DNA of 58,566 nucleotides from a virus (Duplodnaviria; Caudoviricetes): IMG/VR virus record IMGVR_UViG_3300038312_000195, positions 1 to 58,566 of that record; one strand, 5' to 3'. Shown piece by piece: positions 55,746 to 58,566 of this stretch (position 1 is its first letter; each line of letters starts with the position of its first letter). The notes under the pieces were generated by a model. It saw only the letters and a program-made list of their open reading frames with translations, ran no database searches and was not told where the DNA came from. The position numbers and the translations under genes were made by a program.

Positions 55746-56396
55746 TTAATTATTTCTTGTATAAACTCTATTCAATCTTTCATCCTTTTCAAATATCCAA
55801 TCAGAAATAAACGCTAAATCATCCTCAAACTGTACAATATCAATCATGTGGTCATCTACACCTTCTTCTTGTTCTGATTTTATATAGGAATTTAAAACCG
55901 AGATTGCCATCTTGCTTATTTGGTCAATCTCTTCATCAACACTTCTAAAGCAACCATTATAATGGTGTGTAGTTTGAATGACATCCAGTTTTCTATAACA
56001 TTCTTGTAGTATTTGAATTTTTTCTTCAATAACATCAGCATCTGAAATAGTTTTATACAAATCATTGTATTCTTTAATAATAGCTTCGCACAACTTAGCT
56101 TTACGCTGATATTCTGCAGGATCTATTACCTTTTTTTCTTTAATGATTTCCATTCTTTCTGTATGTTGGATTTCAATTGTTTTTGGTTCTTTGGTTTCAT
56201 TTTGTATTCTATCTATGTGTAAATTATTTTTTAATAAGTTAAGACCCCAAACCGCTAAAATTCCGGATATAATCATTCCAACCAATAGCGATCCTATATC
56301 GGCATTAGTAACCAGCATTACAAACCCCATATACAAAGAAAGAGCAGCTAAACAAAGAATAATGGTTGCACCTATAGGAAATTTTTTCATAGGCAA
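55746..56396 (-). CDS. Membrane protein of immunity region
   Basis: Two TM helices; C-terminus homologous to 19522..20331. Confidence 0.75.
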   Translation of the reverse strand: MPMKKFPIGATIILCLAALSLYMGFVMLVTNADIGSLLVGMIISGILAVWGLNLLKNNLHIDRIQNETKEPKTIEIQHTERMEIIKEKKVIDPAEYQRKAKLCEAIIKEYNDLYKTISDADVIEEKIQILQECYRKLDVIQTTHHYNGCFRSVDEEIDQISKMAISVLNSYIKSEQEEGVDDHMIDIVQFEDDLAFISDWIFEKDERLNRVYTRNN

Positions 56397-56425
56397 TACC
56401 TCACAAATTAATTTAATTGTTAAGT

Positions 56426-56764
56426 TTAGTCTTCATCAATGAATTCCTGAACAAGCTTTTTTATTATTTCCTTTTGCTTGTCCGTTAATTTTGCTACGCT
56501 GCGCATTAAAACCTGTGCTTCAGGAGGAAATTCATCTGTGCTGTTGTTAGAATTGCGAACATTGGTGCGACCAAGTAGGTAATCTACAGATACACTAAAA
56601 AAGGATGCTAATTTATTCAGCATATCACTATCAGGCTCGGAATTTCCAGTTTCCCATTTAGCTATGGCTTGTTGTGATAAGCCTAATAAGCTTGCAAGCG
56701 AAGCCTGAGATATGCCTTTTTCAGACCGTAAAGTTTTTAAAATTTCAGGAAGCATGTTTGTCAA
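56426..56764 (-). CDS. CI/ImmR-like XRE repressor (phage Y)
   Basis: HTH_XRE; C-terminus nearly identical to repressor X. Confidence 0.9.
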   Translation of the reverse strand: MTNMLPEILKTLRSEKGISQASLASLLGLSQQAIAKWETGNSEPDSDMLNKLASFFSVSVDYLLGRTNVRNSNNSTDEFPPEAQVLMRSVAKLTDKQKEIIKKLVQEFIDED

Positions 56765-56783
56765 ATCCTTTTTCTTAAATTAT

Positions 56784-56880
56784 ACAACAAATAGTAGTAA
56801 AGAGCATAACGAAAAAAAGTAGTAAAAAACTGTTGACAACAACTATAAGTAGTAGTAATATAATAACTACATATGGTTGT
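56784..56880. promoter_or_regulatory. Lysis/lysogeny switch Y: ACWAC-N5-GTWGT operators and promoter
   Basis: Operators at 56784, 56839, 56866; TTGACA(56833)-17 bp-TAATAT. Confidence 0.8.
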
Positions 56881-56898
56881 TATTAATGAGGTGGTAAC

Positions 56899-57102
56899 AT
56901 GAGAAAGTGGTTAAAAATATTGCGGAACAGTAAAAATATGACTCAAGCTGATTTAGCTAATAAGGCAGGAATATCGCAACAATATTATAGTTTTATTGAA
57001 AATGGTGATAGGGTACCGTCAGTTGATAAGGCTCAATCTATAGCAAACATCTTGGGATTTCAATGGACTCGCTTTTTTGAACCAAACCAAGAAGCAAGTT
57101 AA
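56899..57102 (+). CDS. Cro-like HTH protein (phage Y)
   Basis: XRE HTH; ends WTRFFEPNQEAS like Cro X. Confidence 0.9.
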   Translation: MRKWLKILRNSKNMTQADLANKAGISQQYYSFIENGDRVPSVDKAQSIANILGFQWTRFFEPNQEAS

Positions 57103-57213
57103 TTTTGTAGGCACTCTTTTTATATAAACTCTTCTGCAGCTGACGTAATAGCTGCATCAGCTGCAGAAAACATTTTTTATATCCTCACATATAGTGTATT
57201 GGAGGTGTAGACC

Positions 57214-57399
57214 ATGGCGAAAGCAATTATTGAAAGAGAAGAAGATCTGGTTGAGGAATTTATGCTCGAAAAAAATGTTCACGTTAAAATTTATGATACA
57301 TATTGCAAAAATAAAACGAAGGAAGAAATTCAACAAATAATTGAGCGTTGTTCTTACATAGCCAGTGAAGCATTGAGCAGGGAAGGGGCGTTAGTATGA
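57214..57399 (+). CDS. Small hypothetical protein
   Basis: RBS GGAGGTG; 61 aa. Confidence 0.65.
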   Translation: MAKAIIEREEDLVEEFMLEKNVHVKIYDTYCKNKTKEEIQQIIERCSYIASEALSREGALV

Positions 57400-57560
57400 T
57401 CGGTACAATTGTAGACTATGGAGATGGATGGTTGAAAGTATTATCCGGTGAAAGATTGTTCCAGCTCTCCACTGACACAACAAATATCAGAATGGGACAA
57501 GACTATGAATTTAATCCCTTAGACATGACAGAGGGCTGCCCGGAACAGCCACAGAAATGA
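57396..57560 (+). CDS. Small hypothetical protein (not in track)
   Basis: MIGTIVDYGDGW...PEQPQK; ATGA overlap with previous gene. Confidence 0.55.
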   Translation: MIGTIVDYGDGWLKVLSGERLFQLSTDTTNIRMGQDYEFNPLDMTEGCPEQPQK

Positions 57561-57620
57561 AGTGCTTTTTAAGGAGAAATGTTTATATACACATCATATA
57601 AGGAAGGGGGTGAAAAAACA

Positions 57621-58055
57621 ATGAAGAATACCTGCAGAAACATATATTCCGTTGCCAGAAAAACCGCAGAATTAACCCAGGAACAAGCAGCGGAAATGCT
57701 TAACATAAGTGTGAGATCACTTGCTGATTATGAATCCGGCAAGACGGTTCCGCACGATGATATTGTTTGTAGTATGATATCCAACTACAATTCTTTAACT
57801 TTGGCATACTTACATCTTAAAAACAGCACCGAAGTAGGCAGAAAATATCTACCTGACATTAACACAACAGGATTAGCACAATGCGTATTGCGATTGCATA
57901 AAGAAATTGATGATTTGAAATCAGTTAATTCAGACATGTTTGAAATTGCTTGCGATAACAAAGTAGACCGTCATGAAACAAAAAAGTGGCAATACGTAAA
58001 AAAAGAAGTGAACGATATTGCCGGAGCTGCATTATCTCTTATGTTTACATCTTAA
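57621..58055 (+). CDS. XRE HTH regulator
   Basis: Paralog of 21862..22296. Confidence 0.85.
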   Translation: MKNTCRNIYSVARKTAELTQEQAAEMLNISVRSLADYESGKTVPHDDIVCSMISNYNSLTLAYLHLKNSTEVGRKYLPDINTTGLAQCVLRLHKEIDDLKSVNSDMFEIACDNKVDRHETKKWQYVKKEVNDIAGAALSLMFTS

Positions 58056-58085
58056 CTAAATGGATGATTGATGGAGGATTAACAT

Positions 58086-58274
58086 ATGATTAAACTAGGA
58101 TGCTTACCGCATCACTTATCAAAATCTGATCAAGATAGGGTGGACATGCTGGATGAAAAAATATTTAACCTCCAGGGAAAATGTCGGAATCGTAGAGACA
58201 CAATCCAACTATCAAAGCTATATCGCAAGAGGAATGAAATCATTACAGGGAGGTATACAAATGAACGTTTTTAA
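58086..58274 (+). CDS. Small hypothetical protein
   Basis: Paralog of 22311..22496. Confidence 0.7.
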   Translation: MIKLGCLPHHLSKSDQDRVDMLDEKIFNLQGKCRNRRDTIQLSKLYRKRNEIITGRYTNERF

Positions 58275-58566
58275 TGAACTCACGCTAACATTTGCAATCG
58301 GGTTTATATTTGCTCTCTTATGCGGAATGCAGTTAGAAAGAAGTATGCAAGATTATAAAAAGAAAAAAGCCGGTCTTTTGAACCAGCATACAAAAAATCT
58401 TTCAAGAAAATATTGTCATATCAAAGGAGAGCAGTCAATGAATATTGGTGATATTGTCTATGCTGTTGATCTGTACCGCGGTTCTTACGTTGCGGAAGTA
58501 GCCGGATTTAGACGTAGTCCTGCAGAGACAATTCAAGTAAGGATATTAGCGTGCCTATCATATCCA
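58261..58566 (+). CDS. 5' part of hypothetical protein, truncated by window end
   Basis: Paralog of 22480..23010. Confidence 0.7.
   Translation, partial: MNVFNELTLTFAIGFIFALLCGMQLERSMQDYKKKKAGLLNQHTKNLSRKYCHIKGEQSMNIGDIVYAVDLYRGSYVAEVAGFRRSPAETIQVRILACLSYP
58363..58566 (+). repeat. Near-exact repeat of ~22567-22770; last 77 bp exact
   Basis: Two SNPs seen; 58490-58566 = 22694-22770. Confidence 0.9.

Noticed and set aside
1-58566. Diversity-generating retroelement or retron
   Set aside because: No reverse transcriptase motif in any ORF and no adenine-specific TR/VR repeat pair noticed.
1-58566. tRNA or rRNA genes
   Set aside because: No cloverleaf or rRNA-like sequence noticed in intergenic regions; tRNAscan-SE would be needed to exclude them.

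Overview
The window is low-GC DNA from temperate siphophages of Bacillota (probably Clostridia), with no recognisable host housekeeping gene. It reads as two related phages joined through one shared block. Phage X supplies tail, lysis, an accessory SNF2/IbrAB/GNAT operon, an attP-like site, a serine integrase and immunity (1-~22.6 kb). A shared early/replication/packaging/head block follows (~22.6-40.85 kb). Phage Y then supplies a different tail, lysis, attP-like site, serine integrase and immunity (40.85-58.6 kb). Both window ends are exact copies of the edges of the shared block (1-79 = 40774-40852; 58490-58566 = 22694-22770), implying circles of 40,773 and 35,796 bp or a collapsed repeat. 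The most striking signal is a candidate phage cassette-exchange system. Each phage has a 329-aa tyrosine recombinase between tail-fibre and holin genes, behind a promoter containing a LexA-type box and a covarying structured 5' leader. Palindromic CGCA-N12-TGCG-type sites bracket the variable receptor-binding tip in both phages, one in frame inside the fibre gene and one at the cassette end. The same arms with a third core (TAAAAC) separate an integron-like row of genes downstream of the replication initiator. All functional calls come from reading motifs by eye; no searches were run.
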